From Paramecium tetraurelia (lineage: Eukaryota), in NCBI GenBank assembly GCA_000165425.1, contig CT867986.1, positions 62,001 to 126,000 of the forward strand: a DNA stretch of 64,000 nucleotides. The letters are read 5' to 3'. Below, one piece after another: positions 1-19,655 of the stretch. Below the pieces are notes generated by a model that ran no database searches, was not told the DNA's origin, and saw nothing but the letters and a program-made list of their open reading frames with translations. A program made the translations under genes and the position numbers. Every line of letters begins with the position of its first letter. The first letter of the stretch is position 1.

Positions 1-1188
1 ATGATATGATGTATGCAGTTGACATCTTCTTTTGGGTAGGGGGATTCTTCTTAGGCTATGTAATGTGTGATGATAAGAAAACATAATCTTTGTAGAAATA
101 TCCATTTTCTATTTTTATTTCGGTAGTTCATAGATTAATGAGAATTTGGCCATGTTATCTTTTATGTATTGCAATTAATTCATACATAATTCCATACTTA
201 GGAAGTGGACCTAGATGGTTTTTAGAGGAAGGAGCCACACAATGTCCAGGAGGGGCATGGAAGAATGCATTCTTTATTGATAACTTTTATGAAGATTGGC
301 AACTTTGTTTTGGATGGGGATGGTATTTAACATGCGACTTTCAATTATTCTTAACATGCCTAATCCCAATAATGATTTATTGTCTAAATTATAAGACTGG
401 ATCGAAAATCTTAATTTTGTTGATGATTTTAGGTAGTTTAGGATGGGGATACTATTTAAGTATCCATTATAATTTCTTGATTCCTGGTAAGAATACTTAT
501 AATCCTAATTATTACTATAAGTATTATGTAAGCACATATGCAAGGGCACCTCCTTACTTTTTGGGGTTACTTCTAGGTATTTTTTATAGGGAGTTAAAAT
601 AATCAAAGGGGAGTGGAAGTTTTAACATTCTCAATTATTGTAAATCCTTAATTTAAACGAGTGGAAGTAGAATATTATTCTAGATTGTATGTTATGGAAT
701 AGGTTTTGGTTTGGTGCTCTTTTAATTTTTTGGATGGAAGAAAGAATTCAACAGTATGGAATTAATATGGCCTCAATGGTTTTAAAATTTCTATCACTCC
801 ATAAGCAAATGTCTATTTACATTCGCCATGACTTTGATTACATTACCCAATTTAGTTGGTGCATATGATATGTATTGATATATTATTAAAGCATAGATTT
901 AATCGCAAGTTTATGAATAACACTCTGTTTAAATTTATGGCTAAGATATCATTTTCAATGTATTTGGTTCATTTGATGATAATTGTAATAATTACTGAGA
1001 CCTTTTATGAAACTCCATCTTTTTTCTAGTTAGATTTAGTTACAGGATTTGTTTGTGCAGTGTTTCTCTCGGTGATATTTGGATTGATGCTCTCACTCTT
1101 AGTAGAACTACCATTTGGTAATCTTGATACTCGTTTGACTAAGCTATTATCAGTCTCACCTAAAAAGATAGAACCATTATTAAGTTGA
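1..1188 (+). CDS. Acyltransferase-3 / NRF-6 (OACYL)-like multipass membrane protein, 5' end outside window
   Basis: Ciliate-code translation gives AVDIFFWVGGFFLGY, RLMRIWPCY, GWGWYLTCDFQLF, RAPPYFLGLLLG, KISFSMYLVH and LLVELPF, all typical of this family. Intron about 872-896; TGA at 1186-1188. Confidence 0.85.
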
Positions 1189-1313
1189 TGAATTTATAAA
1201 CATAAATAAATTTTATAGTATTTTACATTTTCTAATAAATTCTGATTATAAAAATTGATTTAAATTTAATTAACGCTATAAAGAATAGAAAATATCATTA
1301 TCAACAATCCCAG

Positions 1314-1990
1314 ATGAATACCAATTATGAACAACTCCTTGAAGAAACCAAATCAAAAGTATTAGGACTATCAGAGTTAACGCCAGAGAATCAATGGGTT
1401 CAGGATTCGGTTAAAGATGGTTGCACTATCCATACAAAGATGAATCCATTAAACGAGTTAAAAATCAACAGAATTGAAGCATAAGTTGATGTCGATCCAG
1501 AAGCCTTTATCAACTTGGTTACAAATATGACTAAAAAGAAGGAATATGATTCCAATTTCGAGGAGGTATTATATTGGAATATTCTTAAGGGAAGAGTTCT
1601 TGAGAAGCTCGATCAAAATACAACTATATATTATGCAAGAGGAAAACCACCTGTATTCATTGTCGATCCTAGAGACTTCTGTATTATTACAAGAAATTAT
1701 AAATTGGGCGATGGTCATTATTTGGCTATTTGTAAGTTATTAATTAATATCTTGTAGCAAAATCAATTGAACATCCTTAAGCACCCTTAGTCAAAGGAAT
1801 TTAAAGAGCCGAGATGATATTTGCTGGTTGGATAGTCAAAAAATTACCAAATGGAAAAACAAACATCATTATGATAGGCCACATGAATCCAAAAGGGGAT
1901 ATTCCTAAAGCCATTGTTAATTAAGGAGCAAAGTTTTAAGTTGAAGGTTTAAATAAGGCGTTGAACTATTTAAATAAAAATAAATAGTGA
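1314..1990 (+). CDS. START-domain lipid-binding protein
   Basis: Reads MNTNYEQLL...EYDSNFEE|GRVLEKLDQNTTIYY...VDPRDFCI...SIEHPQAP...RAEMIFAGW...MNPKGDIPKAIVN. Two tiny introns (1566-1589 and about 1732-1757); TGA at 1988-1990. Confidence 0.85.
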
Positions 1991-2484
1991 TTTATTTATA
2001 ATATACCATAAATAAGGGTAGATAAAATTATTATTAAAACAGATATCAAGCTATATAAACCTTATTCTAATAATGAATATAAAGATCATTCTTAAGACTC
2101 TTTGAGTCTAATTAGAATAATTATTACTAATAATTCAACAAAATTTCTAATTTTTATGTTTGGATTTGCATAAATAATAAATTGATAATAATTGTATATC
2201 ATTTTAAAATAGGTTTAGAAACTATATAATTAAAAAAGCAGTAAAATCTATTTACAATGGTAACTAAAATAATAAAGAGACGATAAATTTATTCAACAAT
2301 TTTTACTTTGATACAAATAAATTAAATTATAGATTTATTAAAAATATTTAATAATTTTGAACTAAAATTTAATTAAACTATTATTAATATATTATAACTA
2401 TTGTTTTGAACTAATATTTGGATAATAATTTTCTTAAGCTATAGAATAAATAATAATATCAATTTTAAACAAGTATGTCAAATA

Positions 2485-3188
2485 TCATTTAGGCTTGTGA
2501 TAAACTAATTTAGATTTACGGCAATCAAGACAGTACCAATTTTTTTCAGGCACAAAAAACTCTAAAAAACCTGGATCACAGAATGTATGACACATTTATT
2601 CATTGCATTTATCACATATCAACATTAAATACTATGAGTGAGAACATCCACAAATTTAGCACATTTAATTTTCTTCTTGTTCTTCTTAAGAATTATAAAA
2701 TTGATCTTGTTCTGGTTGCCATTTTGGTTATTTAAGATTTAATTTGATAGGAGAATTCTTTCTTTTGCCATTTTCAATTGGGTAGATTTTTTTGAATTTG
2801 GCTCTGCAATAAGGACATTATGTTTTATATTTCTCTGCCCATTCTTTTATACAAGTTAAACATATCTAATGCTTGCAGACATCAATCTCGCAGACATTTT
2901 ATAAGTCATCTAAGTTCATCATACAAATTGGACATTCTTCTTGCAATTGTTATTTCAATCGAATTTTCTTTGGCACTTCTTTTGATTGGTTAATTTGTTG
3001 CTGTTTAGATAATGGTAAATTCTAAGAATTAAAGGATGAATAAAATGAGATTTTACCTCTTTCATTAAAATCATGTCTTTGATGTCAGGGGTGTCTGTAA
3101 TTAATTTTTTTGGTCTAAACTTTTTATTCTAATCATGGCGTTCCAACCAACGCTGTTCATAAGCTTCTAAAATTCTTTGAAAGTGCAT
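2485..3188 (-). CDS. RING finger + PHD finger protein (PHRF1-like architecture)
   Basis: RING: CPICMM...CKHQICLTCIKEWAEKYKTQCPYCR. PHD: CQICGC...MLICDKCNEQMCHTFC...WYCLDC. One 35-nt intron at 3022-3056. Confidence 0.85.
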
Positions 3189-3249
3189 GCTGATATTATT
3201 TTGGTTTCGAACTAAAATTTTTTTTAATTTTATACAATTTTAACATAAA

Positions 3250-4707
3250 ATGGCAAATGCATTAGCAAATGATGCTTTATTATAATAAGAAATTGATTAA
3301 TAAGTTATTTAGAATCCCAATTTATCATTTGCTCAAAAGAAGTCACTAAGGAAATCAATACTAAAAGCTAGTTTAGCAAATGCTCCAAAGAATAGTTCTT
3401 TATAAACAATATTAAGCGTAAGCAATACAATGGTAGGATCATCATTATTAGTAATACCTGTGCTATTTTAACAATCAGGTATTTTGAGTGCATTGATCGT
3501 GGCACTAGTATTTTGTTTAATATCCTGTAAGACTTGTTAATTATAAATGTTACACAATAAACCTGAAGAATTAGATTTGCCATAAACAATTGTAAGAATA
3601 CTTGGGTAGAAGTATAACTTAATTTTTAATATAACCAATATCATAATTTTATACTTTGCTGGTGTCGTCTATTTTATTTTAATATGCAATATGTTATACT
3701 CATTAGTTTAATTACTATGCAAATCATTAGAAATGGACTATGCTCCTAAAACGGATTTTGTCCTGGGCAAATTATCATATTAATGGTGTGGCATTGTTTA
3801 TATGTGCTTGCTATTCCTTATTATGTTGTAAAAGAATCTGACTCTCATTATCAAGCTAGTTCAATATGGCGTAATATCAATCATAGCATTGATAATTTAT
3901 ATTATCACTAATGGTAGCATTAATATGGCAGAGATTATGAATGCCAATCTATTCACTTTAGATGTGGTAACCCTATGTGGTGTGTTCTCAGTAGCTTTTA
4001 TGGTACATTCTTGCATAGTTCCAATAATGAAAAACAATCTGCAATAAGAAAATAATTTAAGAGATATTGGTATTAGTTTTGGTTGGACTTGGCTGATTTA
4101 TGCTTTGGTGGGTGTATTTGGAGCCATCGCAATATAAGGAAAAGCTGTAAACCCTTCAGGTGATGGATCTACTGTCTTAGATTATTTGGAGTAGAGCATA
4201 TTTTCATATGGAATTTAAGTTTTGCAATTGTTTTAGCTAACTACTGTTTTCCCATTGTTGGCATTTATTACCAGATCACAATTTTTTGCATTAATATATA
4301 AATTGGAATAGCCTCCTTAGAAGTGGTTTGTGTTATACACATCAATAGTTGCGTTGACTACTCTGCTATTTTAATGTTTCAATATTAGCGTATCTTTGAT
4401 TCTGAGTTTGTCAGGAGCTGTTGTTGGGTTTTTCTAAATTTATTTGATTCCAATATAATTACATATGACCTGTCTTTATGCTAAAAAGAAGGTCAATGAC
4501 AATAGGATTGGATTGATTAATGATTCAAAGGAGTACATTGAGAATCCAGACGAATCTATATTTGATGAATTGGATTTCAAATGCATTGATCATACAGCAC
4601 TTAAGAAGAGATTTCATAAGCAGACTAGATTTATTTTCTATTATTTGATAATGCTCATAGGTGCAATGATGGGATTCCTAAATATAATTGCTCCATTCTT
4701 CAAATGA
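3250..4707 (+). CDS. Amino-acid transporter, Aa_trans family (SLC38A9-like)
   Basis: Intronless 485-aa ORF in ciliate code with many hydrophobic segments. Motifs TILSVSNTMVGSSLLVIP, GVFSVAFMVHSCIVPIMKNN and FQLTTVFPLL resemble SLC38A9. Confidence 0.8.
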
Positions 4708-4765
4708 GTGTTAACATTTATTTAATATTGTCCATTAGAATTACAACATTATTATTATTAAATCA

Positions 4766-7700
4766 TCAATCAGCATCTTCACCATCCTTTTCATTCATCT
4801 CTAATTCTCTGAGATCAACTTCAATAATATCTTCCTCCTCTTATTATTCCTTCTATTCTTTTGATACTTCCTTCTATGTGTCTTTCTATTCTACTTTCAC
4901 AGGCTTCTTCTTTTTCTTTTGCCCTTTAGCCATAAACTTGTTGGCTACAGTCTCATCCATTTCTTATTCTCCAAACAGTAATTCAAAAACCTGAATAAAT
5001 AAAATTAGATACTTCTTAAGGTTTGAATTTATCCCCTTGAAATCCACCAGAATACACAGTTGATTAAACATTCTATTTCTGTTGTGCTCTCTTGACAATT
5101 CTCTCCTCTATAGTGCCTTTAGTGATCAATCGATAAACATAGACATCTTTGGTTCTGCCTATTCTATGAGCTCTATCAGTTGCCTAAGCATCCATGGTAG
5201 GATTCCAATCATTATCATAAAATATGACAGCATCAGCTTATGTTAATGTAATTCCTAAGCCACCTGCTCTTGTAGATAGAAGAAATGCAAATATCTTATC
5301 ATTTTATTAGAACTCATTAACCATCTAAATATAATATTATATGATACATCTCTTCTGTCATTGATTTAACATTGTCCATCCATCCTAAAGTAAGTGTACC
5401 CTTTATGTAACATATATTCTTCCAGTATATCCAACATTCTTGTCATCTAACAGAAAATCAACACTCGCCATTATTTCTATTTGAGTTCTTTAAGTAATTT
5501 ATCCAATTGTAACAATTTAGATGAAGAGGCTATCAAAGATTCAGGACTATTTGGTAAAATGAAAGAGGCAGGGGATTCTTTGATAAATGAAAGTGCCTAT
5601 CTATTGTATAAACTCTGTTGAATTTAATAGTAAAATGATTGTGATCTGCATTCAAATGATATAATCTAGCTTTGAACTGGAGGGATATAAAACTGTAATT
5701 ACTTTGAATAAGAATAATTCACTAAAGTTGATGAATCCTTCTTTTGACACAAGAGATCAATTAAATCAAATACATTTTTCTCAAACAAACTCAAAGGTAG
5801 ATGTTTGAATAACAAATATGAAAATGTAGACTCTCCATTCTTCAATGAGTTGTATATGTAATGTGCTGTGAATAAGCATTTCGTATTTTTAATTAGATTA
5901 TCATATACTAATTTAGGAATAATGAAGTTAATGGGATTTCTTTTGGTTACTTAGACAATAGGGTTCTTCTAATAAACCTCAACATTCTATCTATCCTAAA
6001 ATACACAAGGACTTTTGTAAGGTTTTCTTTCAAATAATTCAGGATGATTACATATCTTACGAAACTACATAACCAAGTTCATTAAATTATCAACCTTCTG
6101 TTTGGAATCCAACATCCTAAAGAACTCTTTTATTGATAATTTAGATTTCACATTCCTATACAACACAGCCTAACGACTTGTCATCTCACAAACAATCTAG
6201 ACTTCCTTTTTCTATCCTATCTCATTCTCCACATCTTTCTTTAATCTTCTTAACATAAATGGCTTCAAAATTGCATGTAATCTTTATAATTAATGCTAAT
6301 TCAAGGTCTTTTAATCTTAAGAATGTGCTTCTATGTCTTTTGAAAACCATTCCTAGAATTAATCAAAGCTATCAAAAAATCTTGGCATTATGAAATGCAA
6401 TAATGCCCATAACTCTCCCATCGTATTTTATATTGGTGTTCCTGTCAATAATAATCTATTTCTTGCATTAAAAGATAACAAGATCTACCATCTCTAAGAG
6501 TTAATATTCTTAATTGCTTAAGCTTCATCCAATATCATATATTGCCATCTTACTCGATTAAATATTTTATTATCAGATACTACTAAATTATATGATGTAA
6601 CTACTATGTGAAAGAGAGATTCTCTCGAACCAAAGTTTTTTTATTAAAAATATTTTCTTATTGTTTTTCTTTATTATGCTTGACCCCAATATGGCAAGAC
6701 TTTTAGAGTAGGACAAAATTTCTTAATTTCCTATTACCAATTATGTAAAGTTGAGGAAGGAGCAATCACTAGAAAAGGACCCCATATTTATTTAAAGGAA
6801 CTTATATGTGACAACAAAGCTATAGCTTGAATAGTCTTTCCCAATCCCATTTCATCTGCCAATATGCCATTAATACCCTAATCATATAGGTTATCCAACC
6901 ATCTGAGTCCTTTTAATTAATACTCTTTTAAGTCTCCTTTAAATGTTGAAGGAGGGGCGATCAATGAGAAATCTCTATCTTAATCATTGTGATCTAATTT
7001 TAATTCTTATATTTAAACGTTTTCTTATTTTTTTCCATCAAATTATTACAATTATTTTCTATTATCATTGATTACTTTCTAGACATTTTCAAGTGCTTTT
7101 TCTTCATCAATCTCATCAGTATTTAATGAAATTTGATTATCTAAAGTGATTCCTAGTTTCTTAGCCATAAAGTGTGCATAAATGTCTGATTACTTCATTA
7201 AAAATTCTAATCTTTTTTATTGTAATAATTATTCTCTCTCCTCTTCCTCCTTTTTCTTCCTCTCTTATTCTAATTTTTCTTTTCTTTTCTTGATTTCAAT
7301 CAATTCCTTATCTCTCTTTCTCCAATATGATTGAGCCTCCTTTGATAATTTCTTTGCTCTTAACATAAATTCTTTTTAATATTTTTAACATTTTTAATTC
7401 CTTCTTCTTGCCTCTTTGGCAGCAAAATAGGCTATTCTTTTAAAAAATTCTCTTAAATCTTATCTGAACTTGGCTTTGAATCTACTAATTTTGACTGCAT
7501 TCCTCACAACGATGGCCCAACTTTTCTTCCAATCTCCAATTTCGATAGGATCTTCATATAACTCCTATTGTATAATTGTGTTAAAATAGTCATTCTAAGT
7601 AGAAGCCTGGCAATCATTTTTAAGCTAAGATTGATGATAAGTTTTACTTTTCTTTACTTTTTTTATATTTGCTTTTCCCATTCTGGAATCTGTATACTAA

Positions 7701-8267
7701 ATTTTGAATGCATCTTCAAAATTGTACCCAAGCTAAGGCAATTTATTTGATTGAAAAGCAGGCTCAAATTAGCGTGAGGACTACATAAGTGATGATAATT
7801 ACGATTCCAATGTGCATTTACTATTCCAATATTGTTTCTTATTTGTGGCTGTATTTATCATACAAAAATTTTTCAACCATGTTTGGTTGATCTCGGAATG
7901 CTTTGGAAAAGAACAATAGTAATTTATTTTATATTTTGCTTTGATTATTCGCTGCATAAGCATATTTCTTGTCTTTGGCTTCATGAGTCTTCCTCTAGAA
8001 AACTAATTTTATTATAATGAGACAACTAACCTTGCTACCTCTTGTTTTCCAAATAGCAGAGTCGAGCCTCTTCCAAGGACAAGTCTTCTACTGGAGGACG
8101 TTTGAGATTAAAAACCAGATTAAATTCTGGTTCTTAGACTTTTCTGAATTGCGGATTGACTTATCGAGTGTTCTCAATCTTAAGGATAAAATAAATAATA
8201 CTTGTGTAATCTAATGAAGGAGTTAATCGATATTATATTGTTTATCTTCCTCTTCTTCTGAACTCAT
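4766..8267 (-). CDS. INO80: INO80 chromatin-remodelling ATPase (SNF2 family with DBINO domain)
   Basis: DBINO-like [16 protein letters not shown]; motif [35 protein letters not shown]; split helicase with [31 protein letters not shown]. Several tiny introns. Confidence 0.9.
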
Positions 8268-8870
8268 ATAAAAATTAAATAAAGATTTTTGTTTATTTAA
8301 GGGTTATTGCATGAGTTCATTAATTTTTATTTTAAAAAATGTATATATATATTATTCTTAATACAAATAGTATGCAGGAGAAGGGTCCATTCAAAGAGAA
8401 CAGAATACAAGCATTGCGACGAATAGTTTTTTCTTACAATATCTTCAAAAGACAGTAGGATAAATGGTAATAATCAATAAGGAATTTTTAAGATATACAA
8501 TTTATATAAAAATGAACAATCTATAATATCAAAATTTCAATCTTTGCACAGTAAAATTAACGAATTCAAGGGTAATCCAGCCTTCAATCAGTTCTTAACA
8601 AACTGTTTTTACTATTTGGTACCATTAAAATTGAGCGTTGAATAGAGTGGAGAGAGTAGAATGTGTATGGTGTTAGGTTGTCTCAATTTCTTGGTGGGAT
8701 GAGGTCAAATGAAATGGAAATGGAATTGGAGGGAAAAGAATTATTCTATGTAAAAAAAATGATTAAATTAAAAACGTATTATATATATGCTAGTATAAAG
8801 TATTAGGAAAAACGGGTAATAAGTGTAAATCGCTTGAGAATGGTTGAGTTGTTGATTATTAATAAAAAAA

Positions 8871-10013
8871 ATGGCTAGATCATTAACAATATTGGCTATT
8901 GTGTTTGCAGTTGCCACAGCTAGAGTGACAAAGAGCGAAAGTCCAAAAGAGATTTTGGCTTAAGTTAATAAGGATTCCTTTGGAAATTCAATCCTTTCAG
9001 TTCTCCAACTTCAATTAGCTACAGGAGGACCAGTTGGTGAGATCTAAATCCTTTTGAACAACATTGCCTCATAATTGAATGGAGATCAAAAGAAAGCTGA
9101 CAAAGTTCATGAAAGTGACACAGTTGCATTTGAGAAAATCATTGCTGACTTAGAATAAGAAATTGCTTATCACTAAACCCAAATTGTCGCCTTGTCCAAC
9201 TTGAGAGATTCCACCACCGAAGCTTTGGGTGAAGCTGAAGTTGAAGTCAGAGTCGTAACATCAGATATTGCCAATAACGAAAAGAGCTTCGCTGACGAAT
9301 CAGCCACCAGACAATCCCAACACGATACATGGGTTAGAAAGGATGCTGAACATGTTGATTAAATGGAAGCCATCGATGAAGCATCAAAGATCGTTCAACA
9401 TTTATAAGCTGGTGTTGCATTTGCTCAATTAAAGAGTAGATTCGAAAAAGTCTAAGCTAAATTGATGGAAAGCAAACACGCACTTTTCAAGGTATTTTCT
9501 ATTTACTATTAATAACTAGCCACTCATCAATGCCTTGACATAATTAGCCTCCAAGGTTGACAACAAGAGCATCATCAAGATCTTAGAACTCTTGGCTTAA
9601 ATCAGATAATAATTGGTTGCTAGCAGAGCCTCACTCCTTGCCACAGAAGAAAGATAAGCTGCTAACTGGGAAGTCCAAAGTTCTCATTTATAAGAAGAAC
9701 ACAAGAGATTAGTCGAAAGAAAGGCTTTCTTAGAAAACTCTATTGTTCAATTCAAAGTGACCATTCAAGAGGCCGTTGAAGATTTGGAAGACTAAACTGT
9801 ATTCTCTCTCCATTATGTTAGTTATTCCTTGAAGATGCTGAAGACTCATTGGCTATCCAAGAAAGATGGGCTGCTGAATAAGAATCATAATATGAAGCAT
9901 AAACCTTCGAAAGAGAATAATAATTGGAAGTCGTTGAGAGATTATAAGAAGTCTTAACCTAAAAATTAAGTGCTGCTTCCGAATTCCTCCAAGTCAGAGA
10001 AGAAGTATTTTGA
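8871..10013 (+). CDS. Trichocyst matrix protein T4 precursor
   Basis: Signal peptide MARSLTILAIVFAVATA, then ...LQLQLATGGPVGEIQILLNNIASQL...EFLQVREEVF*, matching my recollection of the P. tetraurelia T4 family. Introns 9492-9519 and 9799-9821; C-ending codons are enriched, as in highly expressed genes. Confidence 0.9.
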
Positions 10014-10019
10014 TTTATC

Positions 10020-10039
10020 AATAATAATAATAATAATAA

Positions 10040-10040
<1 letters not shown>
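10020..10040. repeat. (AAT)7 microsatellite in the 26-nt gap between convergent T4 and PRP8 stop codons
   Basis: Sequence aataataataataataataat is directly visible. Confidence 0.8.
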
Positions 10041-17094
<7,054 letters not shown>

Positions 17095-17166
17095 ATCTAT
17101 TTATTTAAAAATAATATTAAATGACCACAATAATTAATTATAAGAACCAGAAACAATAAATTAAGA

Positions 17167-17813
17167 ATGTCCAGCTCAGAAAGGGAAATTAAGGAATTTA
17201 ATTTTGAGCATACATTATTTTATTTTAAAAGAGATATACACTTCTTAATTATTACTTCATACTCCGTTGATATAGAAATCAATAATTTGGAAAACTCTCT
17301 TTATGAAAAAATATTAAGTTAATTCATAAGTATAAATTTACATACTTCCTGGGTATATGGGAATTGAGTCCATGATTAGAATCAATAATAAAAGGATCAT
17401 ATCTAATTTAATAAGAAATACAATTATGAAAAGAACTTTGCAGATAAGCTGGGTCTGGAACTAACAATTAAATTAATTAACTTGTTTCAGATTTAGATAA
17501 CCTTTAGTTAATTTATAAGTTTGGCGGCAGTAATTTATTCCGTTAATTTAATAAGTAATAACATTAGAACTATGATAAATAATCATCAGCCAACTTCTCT
17601 GCCTTAATTCTAAATTATAAAGGATAATAAAAAATGTTTCTTGGGAAAACAATGTATAATTTGCAAAATTTGAAATCAAAGGAATCTCAATATTTTGATT
17701 AAGAAATAACAGTAGCATTTGAAATTATAAGTGAATGTTGTTTTACTTTTGTAAGTGATTGCAAATTAATAAGATATAAGAAAAATGAGATGAAAATAAT
17801 TATAAAGCCATGA
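17167..17813 (+). CDS. Hypothetical protein or decayed gene; frame ambiguous
   Basis: Coding-like sequence from ATG TCC AGC TCA GAA to ...AAG CCA TGA. The 3' frame has an upstream in-frame TGA (about 17427) with no clear intron to remove it. Confidence 0.3.
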
Positions 17814-17845
17814 TATGTTGATTAATAATAACAATTAATTATTAT

Positions 17846-19605
17846 TCATAATCTATGTTATCCTAAATTGTAGACATTATCTAGAACCAGTTATGTGCAA
17901 AAGCAACTAATATTGCATCTCTTATTCATTATTCTTTTTGATATTTAGATTTTTGATTAACTATAGACAATGTCTTAGAATAAGGCTTCAACAATCTCTT
18001 CCTCTATAGTTCATCTTTCTATTATAGAATTTCAGATCCAAGATTATGACTTCTTGGTAGTAAGCATAAATATTAATAGAAATTTGATATATGTTTGCAT
18101 TGAGAGACTGCATTCATCCCTGAAAGTAATAACAGGATATATATTGAACAGCTACTGCGACTTACTAAACTACTGTTGAAATAAGATACGTTAATATTTT
18201 CTCTTAAAATACAAGAATTTAAACAAAATTATTTCTATCAAATAAAATGTAAACTTATTTATCAACATCATAATTGTACTTATACTTATTGTTCTCTTAA
18301 CTACATTTTAAAATACAATGAATTAGTTAATTCTAAGACTTCATCTTTGAGTATGGCTTCTACATCATCATTTTATTTAGTTCTGAATAGTAATTTTGTT
18401 GTTTAACTTTCAGTAGGTTTAACGTATCTGTTAATGATTTCATTTATTCTACTCCATGTCTCTTGATGCTCAATTAAGTGTGGTTTACATATTTGACATT
18501 TCTATTCTATGGTAGTTAGATTGGAGCAATTTCTACATTTTTCGATCTCTAACTTGAATTAAGTAGACAATTACTTCAACTCTGAACTATTTATCAAATC
18601 GCTGATCGTCTTAAATTTAAGTCGGATCCAATTCATTTAATTAATAGGTGACATGTCTATATGAATTCGCAAACTTACTTTTCAATGAAAGCTGTGTTAA
18701 AAGAGAATCTAAACATTTTTGAATCTGATAAGGTTCCATAATTCTTCACATTAATAAGAATATCTGCAACTAATGGAATTTAATTTGGCAAAATAATTCG
18801 ATGATTTTAACCTGCATATTTTTTGCACATTTATTTGGTTGAATACAATATGGAATCCTTTTTAACATCAATAATCTCTACATAAGGATAGCACTACCCA
18901 TTAATATTCATTTACGGAGATCTTATTAATTATGATATTGATAAAGTACCTTCCGAAAAAGGAAATTGATTAAATTTGGATGAGATTAGGGAATATCCTT
19001 GTATTCATATTAAGTAATGTATAGAAATATTCAATGTATTTGAGTTGACATGGCTAATTTACACTTAAACCTTCTCCATGAAATCTCTTCTTCCCATAAT
19101 AACTAAGAGCATCAGTCACATTATCAAATCTACCAGAATATAATAGATAGCAGCAAATAACTGTTCCAGTTCTCCCTTTTCCAGCTAAGCAATGGATTAC
19201 TACCACATTCTCTTCGTTAGCTAATTCCATACTCATAATCATTACCCTTCAAAATATTATGAATTTATAGGCAAATGTCGAAAAGGACATTTAAAGATGG
19301 AGAATGATGATCCTTCCAAAAATAATCCTTAAAGACTAATCCTTTGAATTTTGATTCATCATAATTTTTGCCACTCAGATTAAAAATGAAATAATCTTCT
19401 TTGTGTCTTTCATTCAAGTATTAAGCTACCTCTTAATGATTGTGAAATTTACTTAATCGATAGGATTGCGATAGAGTCCTTCAAAACCTTCTCCAGGGAG
19501 ACTCATTGCGATTATTCTTTATGTGATGTATGTTAAATCCAAATTAAAATTGCCTTCTTTTAAACGATTTTTTTTGCCTGACACTTTTTATCTTATATAA
19601 TCCAT
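17846..19605 (-). CDS. PTEN-like phosphoinositide phosphatase with C2 domain and low-complexity tail
   Basis: MDYIRQKVSGKKNRLKEGNFNLDLTYITQRIIAMSLPGEGFEGLYRNPIDQ; WKDHHSP; catalytic HCLAGKGRTG; downstream C2-like MFRFSFNTAF. Confidence 0.9.
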
Positions 19606-19655
19606 GTATATTGGAATAAGGAATTAATAATATCATTTTAATTAAGCATTATAAA

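Noticed and set aside
8372..8702. Small plus-strand ORF between INO80 and T4
   Set aside because: I could not build a consistent spliced frame: the obvious 26-nt intron creates an immediate TGA. It may be a remnant but is unsupported.
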